DNA of 64,000 nucleotides from Gemmatimonadota bacterium (GTDB lineage Bacteria; Latescibacterota; UBA2968; UBA8231), in NCBI GenBank assembly GCA_038153405.1, contig JAYOYH010000002.1:64001-128000 (forward strand). The letters are read 5' to 3'. The notes under the pieces were generated by a model. The model saw nothing but the letters and a program-made list of their open reading frames with translations, searched no databases and was not told the origin of the DNA. The position numbers were made by a program, and so were the translations under genes. This document shows positions 40,792 through 49,803 of the stretch, piece by piece (the stretch's first letter is position 1; each line of letters starts with the position of its first letter).

Positions 40792-41106
40792 ATGGCCTAT
40801 TATATCACCGAGACCTGCATCGACGTAAAGGACAAAGCCTGCGTCGAAGTATGCCCCGTCGACTGCATCCACCCAACGGATGGCGAAGGCGAGCCCATGC
40901 TCTACATCGATCCAGATGAGTGCATTGACTGCGGTGCCTGCGAACCCGAATGTCCAGTAGAGGCGATTTTCGCCGAAGAGGACATGCCCGAAGATCAGGG
41001 ACGCTTTGTCGACGTAAACACCAAGTATTTTGAATTGCGCGACAGCCCCGACGAGTGGGCCAAGTGGAAGCAGGAGCACGCGGCCGATTTTGAGAAAAAG
41101 GGCTAA
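40792..41106 (+). CDS. fdxA: 7Fe ([3Fe-4S][4Fe-4S]) ferredoxin
   Basis: 'CIDVKDKACVEVCPVDCI', 'CIDCGACEPECP'; AGGAGG RBS; upstream TTGACA-N16-TATCTT. Confidence 0.93.
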   Translation: MAYYITETCIDVKDKACVEVCPVDCIHPTDGEGEPMLYIDPDECIDCGACEPECPVEAIFAEEDMPEDQGRFVDVNTKYFELRDSPDEWAKWKQEHAADFEKKG

Positions 41107-41129
41107 CGCATCGCTCCATAGCCAACGCG

Positions 41130-41162
41130 AGCCGGGACATCATCGATGTCCCGGCTTTTTTT
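41130..41162 (+). terminator. Intrinsic terminator after ferredoxin
   Basis: 12-bp arms agccgggacatc / gatgtcccggct followed by T-tract. Confidence 0.85.
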
Positions 41163-41233
41163 GCGCTTGACGCCCCGCCCGGGGCTGAGCTTATTTTGCA
41201 CTTCCATATTTTACAGACGGAGCGTCTATCGAC

Positions 41234-42280
41234 ATGGCGAAAAAGCCCCCCGCGCCCAAGCGCGCGCCCAAGAAAACTGCCCAGAAGAAAGCGGCCAAAA
41301 CGCGCGGCAGCGCCCCCCTGCGCGCGCCGGTCGACACCCTGTGGCTGATGTACCGCAAAATGAGCGAAATCCGCCTCTTTGAGGAACACGTATGGGATGT
41401 CTACACGCGCGGACTCATGCCGGGACTGGCCCACCTCTACATCGGCGAAGAGGCGGTAGCCGTTGGCACGTGCACCGCTCTGCGCGACGACGACTATATA
41501 ACGAGCACCCACCGCGGCCACGGACACTGCTTGGCTAAAGGCGGCCAACTCGACCGCATGATGGCGGAAATTATGGGCAAGGAGGCCGGCTACTGCCGCG
41601 GCAAGGGCGGCTCCATGCACATTGCCGATATGTCGGTCGGCATTCTCGGCGCCAACGGCATTGTCGGCGGTGGATTTGGCATCGCCACCGGCGCCGCGCT
41701 CTCGGCCAAGCTACGCGGCAGCGATCAGGTCTCCGTCTGCTTTTTTGGCGACGGCGCCTCCAATCAGGGGATCATGCTGGAAACCGTTAATATGGCAGCA
41801 GCCTGGGATCTTCCCGCTCTCTACATATGCGAAAACAACCAGTATGGCGAGCACACGCCCTACCAGGCGGTGACGGGCGTAGAGGACATCGCCGATCGCG
41901 CTAAAGGGCTCGGCTTAGAAGGGATCATCGTCGATGGATCCGACGTGTTGGGCATGCACGATTGCGTGCAGCGGGCCGTAGCCAAAGCGCGGGCGGGCGG
42001 CGGGCCCACGCTCATTGAGGCCAAGACCTACCGCTTCCACGGACACCACGTCGGCGACGCCCAGACCTACCGCACGCGCGACGAGGCCGAGTGGTGGCGC
42101 GCCAACAAAGACCCGATCAAATTGCTTGGCGACTATATGGTCGCCCAGGCGATCGCCACGCAGGAAGAGCTGGACGCCGTATACAAGCAGGTCGAAGGTG
42201 AGGTCCTGGTGGCCATTGAATTCGGCAAAGACGCCCCCCTACCCCCTCCCGAACAAGCCTACGAGGACCTCTATGCCTGA
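41234..42280 (+). CDS. TPP-dependent dehydrogenase E1 alpha (acetoin/pyruvate DH-like)
   Basis: 'HLYIGEEA', 'STHRGHGH', 'GGSMH', 'FFGDGA.NQG', 'ENNQY'. Confidence 0.95.
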   Translation: MAKKPPAPKRAPKKTAQKKAAKTRGSAPLRAPVDTLWLMYRKMSEIRLFEEHVWDVYTRGLMPGLAHLYIGEEAVAVGTCTALRDDDYITSTHRGHGHCLAKGGQLDRMMAEIMGKEAGYCRGKGGSMHIADMSVGILGANGIVGGGFGIATGAALSAKLRGSDQVSVCFFGDGASNQGIMLETVNMAAAWDLPALYICENNQYGEHTPYQAVTGVEDIADRAKGLGLEGIIVDGSDVLGMHDCVQRAVAKARAGGGPTLIEAKTYRFHGHHVGDAQTYRTRDEAEWWRANKDPIKLLGDYMVAQAIATQEELDAVYKQVEGEVLVAIEFGKDAPLPPPEQAYEDLYA

Positions 42281-43259
42281 ACGTGAAATACTCTTTCGCG
42301 AAGCAATCGCCGAAGCCATGCGCGAGGAAATGCGGCGCGATGCATCCGTCTTTCTCATTGGCGAAGACGTCGGGCCCTCGGGCGGTATCTTCAAATGCTG
42401 CGAGGGGTTATTCGATGAGTTTGGACCACAGCGCGTTCTCGATGCGCCCATTGCCGAAGCCGGCTACATCGGCCTCAGCGTCGGCGCCGCCATGACCGAA
42501 ATGCGCCCTATCGCCGAGCTCATGTTCGGCGATTTTGCCCTGTTGGCGATGGACCAAATTGTCAATCAGGCGGCCAAGATTCGCTATATGACCGGCGGCC
42601 AGTGCAAAGTGCCGATGACCATTCGCCTGGCAATGGGCGCCGGCCGCTCCTCGGCCGCCCAGCACTCGCAGAGCTTGCAGGCCATCTTCGCCCACATACC
42701 AGGACTCAAGGTCGCCGTCCCCTCGACGCCGCGCGATGCCAAGGGCTTGCTTAAAAGCGCCATCCGCGACGACAACCCCGTGTTGTTTTTTGAAGACAAG
42801 ATGATGTACAACGACAAGGGAGCCGTGCCAGATGAAGACGACTTCCTCATTCCATTCGGGCAGGCTGAAGTAAAGCGAGCGGGCGCCGACGCCACCATTG
42901 TCGCCACTTCGAGCATGGTGGCCGTTGCTCTGGCGGCGGCCGACCAACTCGCCCAAGAGGGATTGGACATTGAGGTAGTCGACCCGCGCACGCTGGTGCC
43001 CTTAGACGAGGAAACGATTCTTGCATCGGTGCGCAAAACGGGGTACGCGCTCGTCGTCGACGAGGCGCCGCAGAGCTACGGTGCCACCGCTGAAATCGCG
43101 GCGCGCATCGGCGAGAAGGCCTTCGATTACTTAGATGCACCGGTCCTGCGCATCGGCGCAGCTGACCTGCCGATTCCCTTTAGCCCGCCGCTGGAATTTC
43201 CCACCATACCCGACGTCGATCGCGTCGTCCGCGCGCTGAAAGCACAGCGAGGACGCTGA
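42273..43259 (+). CDS. TPP-dependent dehydrogenase E1 beta
   Basis: 'LIGEDVG', 'PIAEAG', 'MDQIVNQAAK', 'AAQHSQ', 'DPRTLVPLD'. Confidence 0.95.
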   Translation: MPEREILFREAIAEAMREEMRRDASVFLIGEDVGPSGGIFKCCEGLFDEFGPQRVLDAPIAEAGYIGLSVGAAMTEMRPIAELMFGDFALLAMDQIVNQAAKIRYMTGGQCKVPMTIRLAMGAGRSSAAQHSQSLQAIFAHIPGLKVAVPSTPRDAKGLLKSAIRDDNPVLFFEDKMMYNDKGAVPDEDDFLIPFGQAEVKRAGADATIVATSSMVAVALAAADQLAQEGLDIEVVDPRTLVPLDEETILASVRKTGYALVVDEAPQSYGATAEIAARIGEKAFDYLDAPVLRIGAADLPIPFSPPLEFPTIPDVDRVVRALKAQRGR

Positions 43260-44176
43260 TGGACAATCCCGTTTGTCTGATAAGTGGTTCGAGCAGCGGC
43301 ATCGGCGCAGCAACAGTGGAACACTTTGCGCGCCACGGCTACGACGTGGTGGTCAACTACAACTCTGGCCGCGAGCGCGGCGAGGCCGTCGCCGAGCGCA
43401 TTCGCAGCGAGTGCGGCGTGCAAGCGCTGGTGCTGGGCGCCGACCTGTCCCAACCCGAAGCGGCGTTTTCCCTCGTCGACCAAACCTACCAGCACTTTGG
43501 CCGTCTCGACGTGAGCATCAGCAACAGCGGGGTGGCCAACTACATCAAAGACGAAGAGGGCAACCTGCTGCGCTACCGCTTTCGCGACACCCCAGTCGAA
43601 CACCTCGACCGGGAAATGGAGCGCGTGCTATCGCTCAATCTGATGGGCGCCTATCGCCTCGCTCAGCGCTCGCTCCACTACATGATTGAGCAGGCCGAAG
43701 CAGAGACCGCCCGCGGCGAGCCGGCGCGCCACCGCAGCATCCTCTTTGTGACCTCCATATCGGACATTGCGCCCGAGACCACGCGCATTCCCTACGGCGT
43801 CAGCAAATCCGGGCTCAATCACGCCATTCTCGGCGCCGCGCTCGACGGCGGTCCGCACAACGTCACGGTCAATGGCCTGCGTCCCGGTGTCGTCGATACC
43901 CCACTGACCGCCCGTCCGTCCGGCATCTGCGACCCCGTTGACGGGCACGAGTACACCGTAGCTGAAACCTATGGCCTGATGGCCGAAGGCGGCGCTCAAC
44001 CCATCCGCCGCATCGGCACGCCGGAAGACATTGCCCATGCGGCCTACGCCTTTTGCCACATTCCCTACATGACCGGCCAACTCGTCGCCGTCGACGGCGG
44101 CTTTACCCTAGCCGGCACCTTTGCCAACCGCGAACTCTTTCTACAGGAAGGTCTTCGGCTCCGCCAGCAGGTCTGA
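43259..44176 (+). CDS. Short-chain dehydrogenase/reductase with insertions
   Basis: 'SGSSSGIG', 'YGVSK', 'PG.VDT', 'TGQ...VDGG'. Confidence 0.9.
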   Translation: MDNPVCLISGSSSGIGAATVEHFARHGYDVVVNYNSGRERGEAVAERIRSECGVQALVLGADLSQPEAAFSLVDQTYQHFGRLDVSISNSGVANYIKDEEGNLLRYRFRDTPVEHLDREMERVLSLNLMGAYRLAQRSLHYMIEQAEAETARGEPARHRSILFVTSISDIAPETTRIPYGVSKSGLNHAILGAALDGGPHNVTVNGLRPGVVDTPLTARPSGICDPVDGHEYTVAETYGLMAEGGAQPIRRIGTPEDIAHAAYAFCHIPYMTGQLVAVDGGFTLAGTFANRELFLQEGLRLRQQV

Positions 44177-44207
44177 CGCGCCAAGCGATAGGTGCGCACA
44201 GAACGCA

Positions 44208-44243
44208 AAAAGCCGTCGGTGCCCGCAGGCACCGACGGCTTTT
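44208..44243. terminator. Bidirectional intrinsic terminator
   Basis: Perfect 16-bp arms aaaagccgtcggtgcc / ggcaccgacggctttt. Confidence 0.85.
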
Positions 44244-44258
44244 CCTTTTTCGCCGATC

Positions 44259-45011
44259 TCAGTGCTCTCTGATGCTTCCGACCTGAATCTCGATTTCCTC
44301 GCGATTGGCCACGCGCTCGAGCATGCCGTCGCGAATCCACGCCATCCGGTCGGCCGCCGTAAGCATCTTGTCGTCGTGGGTCACGGTGATGATCGTCGTG
44401 CCCATCTCCTCCTGCAAGTTCTTCATATAGTTGATGATCTCTTGGCCGGTATTGCTGTCCAAATTACCCGTCGGCTCGTCGGCCAAAATGATGCGCGGCT
44501 TGTTGACGAACGCGCGCGCAATGGCCACGCGCTGCTGCTGACCGCCGGATAGCTCGGAGGGAATGTGGTGGGCGCGCTCGCCCAAACCGACGATTTCCAA
44601 ACACTCCATGGCGCGCTTCTCGCCCTCCTCGGTGCTCATCCCGGCAAAGACCGTCGGCAGCGCCACGTTCATCAGCGCGCTCATAACGGGCAGCAGATTG
44701 TAGGTCTGAAAAATATAGCCCAGTTCAAAGCAGCGCACCGCCGCCAACTGCTGTGGGCTGAGCGCCGCCAGATTAACTCCATCGATGCGCACCTCGCCCC
44801 CCGTAGGAGTCTGCAGCGCGCCTATCATGTTGAATAGCGTACTCTTGCCCGATCCGGAGGGGCCCATAATCGCGAAGAACTCGTTTTCGTAGACCTCGAC
44901 CGACAAACCGCGCAGCGCGTGCACGTGAGTCGACTCGTCGCGACTTTTGGAGTTGTATACCATTTTCACGTCCTGAACATCGACAATGACGCTGCGTCCG
45001 GTCCCAGACAT
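44259..45011 (-). CDS. ABC transporter ATP-binding protein (LolD/MacB-like)
   Basis: 'GPSGSGKST', 'LSGGQQQRVAIAR', 'ILADEPTGNLD', 'VTHD'. Confidence 0.95.
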   Translation of the reverse strand: MSGTGRSVIVDVQDVKMVYNSKSRDESTHVHALRGLSVEVYENEFFAIMGPSGSGKSTLFNMIGALQTPTGGEVRIDGVNLAALSPQQLAAVRCFELGYIFQTYNLLPVMSALMNVALPTVFAGMSTEEGEKRAMECLEIVGLGERAHHIPSELSGGQQQRVAIARAFVNKPRIILADEPTGNLDSNTGQEIINYMKNLQEEMGTTIITVTHDDKMLTAADRMAWIRDGMLERVANREEIEIQVGSIREH

Positions 45012-45221
45012 AGCCGCTTTACCTTCCCACACTCGATATGTGATTTCGCTATTTCTACCGATACGAAAACAAACGGCCCCAATCTAAGAACGGGGCGACT
45101 TCAAGTCAACTAGGGCTTATTCTATCGGCTTGCAATGGATGCTCCTCCCCGTTGCCGCTCCTTTTTACAGCAAAAGTTAAACAACTTGTCAAAGATGCCG
45201 ATAGTATCAACAAGAAATAAC

Positions 45222-45251
45222 TTGACTCTAAACATTACTATTTAGTATAAT
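45222..45251 (+). promoter_or_regulatory. Sigma70 promoter with dyad in an 18-bp spacer, upstream of MerR-REC gene
   Basis: TTGACT-ctaaacattactatttag-TATAAT. Confidence 0.7.
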
Positions 45252-45316
45252 ACCACAGCCTGATCCCTTTCGGTTGGGAGGCCTTTATAGAGCGCCTCTC
45301 ACACGAGGAGAGCACC

Positions 45317-46003
45317 ATGATAGAGAGTGAACAACTCATTGATATACAAGAAGTTGCGGATACTTTTGGCAAATCGGTCGAATCGATCCGCAAATACAAA
45401 AACTTCGGCATAATTCGCGTCTCAGACAAACGCGGCAACAAAGACCTGTTTGACCGTGCAGAAATTATGGAAATCCGCGGTCGCCTGCGCGAATTACGCC
45501 TTAAAGGACTGTCTCTGGCGCAGATAGCCGACCAGCTCGACTTGGCGCGCGCCGAAGACCTGGGCATCGATATCCCCTCTCAGCTGACTCCGGGCCAGCC
45601 GCCCGCAGTCGAAGCCGGCAAACAGCTGAAAGTGCTGCTGGTCGACGACGAGACGGAAGTCCGCGCCGGCTTGCGCGAGTTCCTCGAAGGCCTCAACTAC
45701 GCCATCTGCGAAGCGGCCGACGGCGAGGAAGCGCTAGCCAAGACCTTTACGGAAAAGCCCCATCTGATTTTGCTGGACCTGCGCCTTCCCAAACTGGACG
45801 GCTACCAAGTCTGCCAGACGCTAAAGGGCAACCCCATCACGTCGGGGATTCCGATCATCATGGTCAGCGCGCTCAATTCGGCCCCCAATAGGATTAAGGG
45901 CATTGAGCACGGAGCGGACGATTACGTCGACAAGCCCTTCGATTTGGAAGAGCTAGCCGCGCGCATCAAAATGGTCACCCGGCGCCTCGGCATCGGTGCC
46001 TGA
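45317..46003 (+). CDS. MerR-type HTH fused to C-terminal receiver domain
   Basis: 'IQEVADTFGKSVESIRKY..FGII...KGLSLAQI'; REC 'VLLVDDE', 'ILLDL.LP..DG', 'KPF'. Confidence 0.85.
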   Translation: MIESEQLIDIQEVADTFGKSVESIRKYKNFGIIRVSDKRGNKDLFDRAEIMEIRGRLRELRLKGLSLAQIADQLDLARAEDLGIDIPSQLTPGQPPAVEAGKQLKVLLVDDETEVRAGLREFLEGLNYAICEAADGEEALAKTFTEKPHLILLDLRLPKLDGYQVCQTLKGNPITSGIPIIMVSALNSAPNRIKGIEHGADDYVDKPFDLEELAARIKMVTRRLGIGA

Positions 46004-46207
46004 GGAGGATTCCTCCTCCACGTCGACAAAGTGTTCGACGTGACCGCACTGTGAGCAGATGTAGACCGCTGCGGACACTTCGCGCATGCGTCCACCTCGG
46101 TCATCGTACAGGCGGTACACAACCGCAGGCACGGGGTAGGCCTCTTCGAAGTCCTGGCCGCCACACTGGGTGCAGCTAACGGTAAAATCGCCTTCATACA
46201 TGGGCAT
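45953..46207 (-). CDS. Small zinc-finger protein (two CxxCG motifs)
   Basis: 'CTQCGG', 'YICSQCGHVEHF'; GAGAGGAAGG RBS; 51-nt tail overlap with convergent gene. Confidence 0.7.
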   Translation of the reverse strand: MPMYEGDFTVSCTQCGGQDFEEAYPVPAVVYRLYDDRGGRMREVSAAVYICSQCGHVEHFVDVEEESSSGTDAEAPGDHFDARG

Positions 46208-46369
46208 CCGCCTTCCTCTCAGGACGAGCGGCGTCGTGCATACTGCGGTGTGCAGATGCCGCTCGTCCTGTATGCATCTCTTGCATATACGCGCCCTCTC
46301 TACATATTTTCAAAAACATCACCGGGGCCGCCTTCTGCGGTCCTTTCATACTCTTGCACGGCAGGTTCT

Positions 46370-47494
46370 ATGTACACGCCACAAGTAGGCCGCTCCGTCC
46401 TCGTTGCTCTCCTGGCCATGGGCTGCGCGTTGCACGCCCAAGAAGCACAGAATAGCGAGCGCCACGAATTTCGCATTGAAGCCTTTGTCGAAGACCTAGG
46501 CGTGCCCTGGGGCATGGCCTTCCTACCCGATGGGCGCCTGCTCATAAGCGAACGCGAGGGGCGCTTGCGCATCGCCGACGCCAGCGGTCAGCTCTCCGCC
46601 CCACTAGACAACGTGCCGCCCGTGCGCGCCGAAGGCCAGGGCGGCCTGCTCGACGTCGCGCTCCACCCCCAGTATGCGACCAACGGCTGGATTTATCTCT
46701 CATACTCGCAATCGCGCAGCGACGGCAATAGCTTTACCGCCATCGCGCGAGGCCAATTAGAGGGCAATGCCCTAACCAACGTCGAATTGATCTACCAAGG
46801 CCCGAGCGACGATTTCTCGAAACATGCGCATCACTACGGATCGCGCATCGTTTTTGACGCGGACAACTACCTATTTTTCTCCATCGGCGACCGCGGCCAG
46901 CGCCCCGAAGCCCAGCTGCTAACGACGGCCAATGGCAAAATCCACCGTCTGCACGACGACGGACGCGTCCCCGAAGACAATCCTCTCGTCGGTCGGGAAG
47001 ATGCCCTGCCCACCATCTGGTCCTATGGTCACCGCAATCCGCAGGGACTGGCCATCCATCCACAGACGGGCGAGATCTGGGAAACGGAACACGGTCCGCG
47101 CGGCGGCGACGAGTTAAACCGCATTGTCAGAGGAGAGAACTTCGGCTGGCCCGCCATCACCTATGGCATCAACTACAACGGCACGCCGATAACCGATAAA
47201 ACGCACGGCGAGGGCATGCTACAGCCCCGCTACTACTGGCTGCCCTCAATTGGGGTCTGCGCCATCGAGTTTTACGACGGCGATGCCTTTTCGCGATGGC
47301 GCGGCGACCTGCTGGTCGCATCGCTGGCTTTCGGCAAACTGCATCGCCTACAGTTGGAAGACGGACGCGTCCTACACGACGAAATCGTTTTTGAGAGCGG
47401 ACGACTGCGCGATATCGAGACCGGCCCCGACGGGCTAGTTTACCTGGCCCTAGAAAATCCGGGCCGCATTGTGCGCCTCGTGCCGGCCGACTGA
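46370..47494 (+). CDS. PQQ-dependent sugar dehydrogenase (GSDH/YliI family), secreted
   Basis: Signal peptide; 'PWGMAFLPDG', 'GQGGLLDV', 'HYGSRI', 'YGHRNPQG', 'EHGPRGGDELN'. Confidence 0.93.
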   Translation: MYTPQVGRSVLVALLAMGCALHAQEAQNSERHEFRIEAFVEDLGVPWGMAFLPDGRLLISEREGRLRIADASGQLSAPLDNVPPVRAEGQGGLLDVALHPQYATNGWIYLSYSQSRSDGNSFTAIARGQLEGNALTNVELIYQGPSDDFSKHAHHYGSRIVFDADNYLFFSIGDRGQRPEAQLLTTANGKIHRLHDDGRVPEDNPLVGREDALPTIWSYGHRNPQGLAIHPQTGEIWETEHGPRGGDELNRIVRGENFGWPAITYGINYNGTPITDKTHGEGMLQPRYYWLPSIGVCAIEFYDGDAFSRWRGDLLVASLAFGKLHRLQLEDGRVLHDEIVFESGRLRDIETGPDGLVYLALENPGRIVRLVPAD

Positions 47495-47504
47495 CATCGC
47501 TCTA

Positions 47505-47544
47505 CCGCTTTGCGCACGATGCTTGACGAGCGTGCGCAAAGCGG
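47505..47544. terminator. Hairpin between convergent GSDH and uvrB
   Basis: Perfect 14-bp arms ccgctttgcgcacg / cgtgcgcaaagcgg. Confidence 0.6.
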
Positions 47545-47554
47545 CGTGCTCGCC

Positions 47555-49540
47555 CTACGCCTCTTTTAAACGCGTTATTTCATCGCGCAAATGCGCCGCC
47601 TTCTCAAAGTCTAGCTTGGCGGCGGCCATCTTCATCTGCTTCTCTAGGTCATCCAGCAGTTCCTCGACATTTTCCGAGCCATCGTATTCTACCTTCTCTT
47701 CTGCCACGACCGAACTCGCCGCACCGCGCACGCTCTCTAGCACAGAAGAGGCCTGGAGGATTTCTTCGCGACTGCGATAAATAGTCTCCGGCACGATGCC
47801 GTGTTCGGCGTTGAATTCCTCCTGCTTCTCGCGCCGGCGATCCGTTTCATCAATAGCCCGCTGCATGGAGTTGGTGACGCGATCTGCATAGAAAATCACG
47901 CGCCCGTTGGCGTTGCGCGCGGCGCGACCGATCGTCTGTATGAGCGCCTGTTCCGAGCGCAAAAAGCCCTCTTTATCGGCGTCGAGAATCGCGACCAACG
48001 ACACCTCGGGCAGATCCAACCCCTCGCGCAGCAGGTTGATGCCCACCAGCACGTCAAAAGCACCTAAGCGCAGGTCGCGCAGGATTTCTACTCGATCGAG
48101 GGTGTCGATATCCGAGTGCAGATAGCGCACGCGCACGTCCATCTGCTCCAGGTAGTCCGTCAGGTTTTCCGCCATGCGCTTGGTCAGCGTCGTGACCAGC
48201 ACGCGCTCTTGCTGCTCGGCGCGCAGGCGGATTTCCTCCAGCAGATCGTCGATCTGCCCGGCCAGTGGGCGCACGTCGATTTGCGGATCGACCAGACCCG
48301 TTGGACGAATGACCTGTTCGACGATTACGCCGCCCGATTTTTTTAGCTCGTAGTCGCTCGGCGTAGCCGACACAAAGACCGTCCAGCCCATTTGCCCTTC
48401 AAATTCCTCAAAGACCAGCGGGCGATTGTCAAAGGCCGACGGCAGGCGGAAACCGTGCTCGATCAGCGTTTCCTTACGCGAGCGATCGCCGCGCCACATG
48501 CCGCGCACCTGCGGAATCGTCACGTGTGATTCGTCGACAATCAGCAGATAGTCGTCGGGAAAGTAATCCAACAGCGTCCACGGTTGGGCACCGGATTCGC
48601 GCCCATCCATGTAGCGCGTATAGTTTTCAATGCCGGGACAGAAACCCACTTCTTTGATCATTTCGACATCGTATTTGGTGCGCGTTTCCAACCGGTGTGC
48701 CTCGACTAGCCTCTCGTTACTGCGCAAGTCGAGCACGCGCCCCTCCAATTCAGTGAGAATGCCCTCGCAGGCACGCTCGACCTGCTCGTCGCCCGTCACA
48801 TAGGCCTTGGCCGGAAAGAGCGCGACATACTCGCGCTGTTCCAAGGTCTCTCCCGTTAGCGCATCGACGATGGCAATCGCATCGACTTCGTCGCCGAATA
48901 GCTCGATGCGCAACGCCTGGTCTTCCGAAGCGGGCACGACCTCTATTACATCGCCGCGCACGCGAAAGCAGCCGCGCTGCAGTTCGAGGTCGTTGCGCCG
49001 GTAGTATATGTCGATCAAGTGGCGCAGAATTTCGTCCCGCTCGACGACATCGCCCCGGCGCAGTTCAAACTTCTGCCTATCGTATTCCTTGGGTGCACCT
49101 ATACCATAAATACAGGATACGGTGGCTACGATCACCACGTCGCGCCGCTGCAGCAGCGACGAGATCGACTTTAGTCGCAGGCGATCGATTTCCTCGTTGA
49201 GCTGCACTTCCTTCTCTATGTACGTGTCCGTGCTCGGCTTATAGGCCTCCGGCTGATAGTAGTCGTAGTAGCTGACAAAGTACTCAACGGCATTGTTGGG
49301 AAAATAGCCCCGAAACTCGCCGTAGAGCTGAGCAGCCAGCGTCTTATTATGCGAAATGATCAGCGCCGGCATTTGCAGTTCGTGAATTACATTGGCCATA
49401 GTGAAGGTCTTGCCGCTGCCGGTGACTCCGAGCAGCGTTTGAAACTGCTGCCCCTGGCGGATGCCGCCGGTTAATTCACCTATGGCGCGCGGCTGGTCAC
49501 CGCGCGGTTGGTAATCGGACACAAGCTCAAAGCGATCCAT
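47555..49540 (-). CDS. uvrB: Excinuclease ABC subunit B
   Basis: 'GDQPRAI', 'GVTGSGKT', '[10 protein letters not shown]', 'DESH', C-terminal UVR domain. Confidence 0.99.
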   Translation of the reverse strand: MDRFELVSDYQPRGDQPRAIGELTGGIRQGQQFQTLLGVTGSGKTFTMANVIHELQMPALIISHNKTLAAQLYGEFRGYFPNNAVEYFVSYYDYYQPEAYKPSTDTYIEKEVQLNEEIDRLRLKSISSLLQRRDVVIVATVSCIYGIGAPKEYDRQKFELRRGDVVERDEILRHLIDIYYRRNDLELQRGCFRVRGDVIEVVPASEDQALRIELFGDEVDAIAIVDALTGETLEQREYVALFPAKAYVTGDEQVERACEGILTELEGRVLDLRSNERLVEAHRLETRTKYDVEMIKEVGFCPGIENYTRYMDGRESGAQPWTLLDYFPDDYLLIVDESHVTIPQVRGMWRGDRSRKETLIEHGFRLPSAFDNRPLVFEEFEGQMGWTVFVSATPSDYELKKSGGVIVEQVIRPTGLVDPQIDVRPLAGQIDDLLEEIRLRAEQQERVLVTTLTKRMAENLTDYLEQMDVRVRYLHSDIDTLDRVEILRDLRLGAFDVLVGINLLREGLDLPEVSLVAILDADKEGFLRSEQALIQTIGRAARNANGRVIFYADRVTNSMQRAIDETDRRREKQEEFNAEHGIVPETIYRSREEILQASSVLESVRGAASSVVAEEKVEYDGSENVEELLDDLEKQMKMAAAKLDFEKAAHLRDEITRLKEA

Positions 49541-49561
49541 TTTTTCTCCCCATTGCAGCAC

Positions 49562-49590
49562 AATCTAGCCGGCCCACACCGCCTTGTCAA
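49562..49590 (-). promoter_or_regulatory. Sigma70-type promoter for uvrB
   Basis: TTGACA-N17-TAGATT on minus strand. Confidence 0.6.
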
Positions 49591-49739
49591 TACAGCACAC
49601 CTCCACGAGCGATAGAGCACTAAACAGACATAATGTCATAAATGTTCGCAATTATGACACTGTAGCCATTGATATGTGCGCATGTCATAATACATTATAA
49701 ATCAATTAAAAACATTGATTTAATAAAAATTGAGCGCTC

Positions 49740-49755
49740 TGGTACATTCCTTGCT
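49740..49755 (+). promoter_or_regulatory. Sigma54 (-24/-12) promoter for dnaK
   Basis: TGGTAC-attcc-TTGCT with correct GG/GC spacing, about 50 nt before ATG. Confidence 0.7.
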
Positions 49756-49803
49756 AAATGAGTGTAGTCCTATGATAAAGACTACTTGAGAAAGGAATAC
49801 ACT

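Noticed and set aside
44259..45011. Orphan ABC ATPase without a permease
   Set aside because: Dispersed ABC components are common and nothing else about it is distinctive
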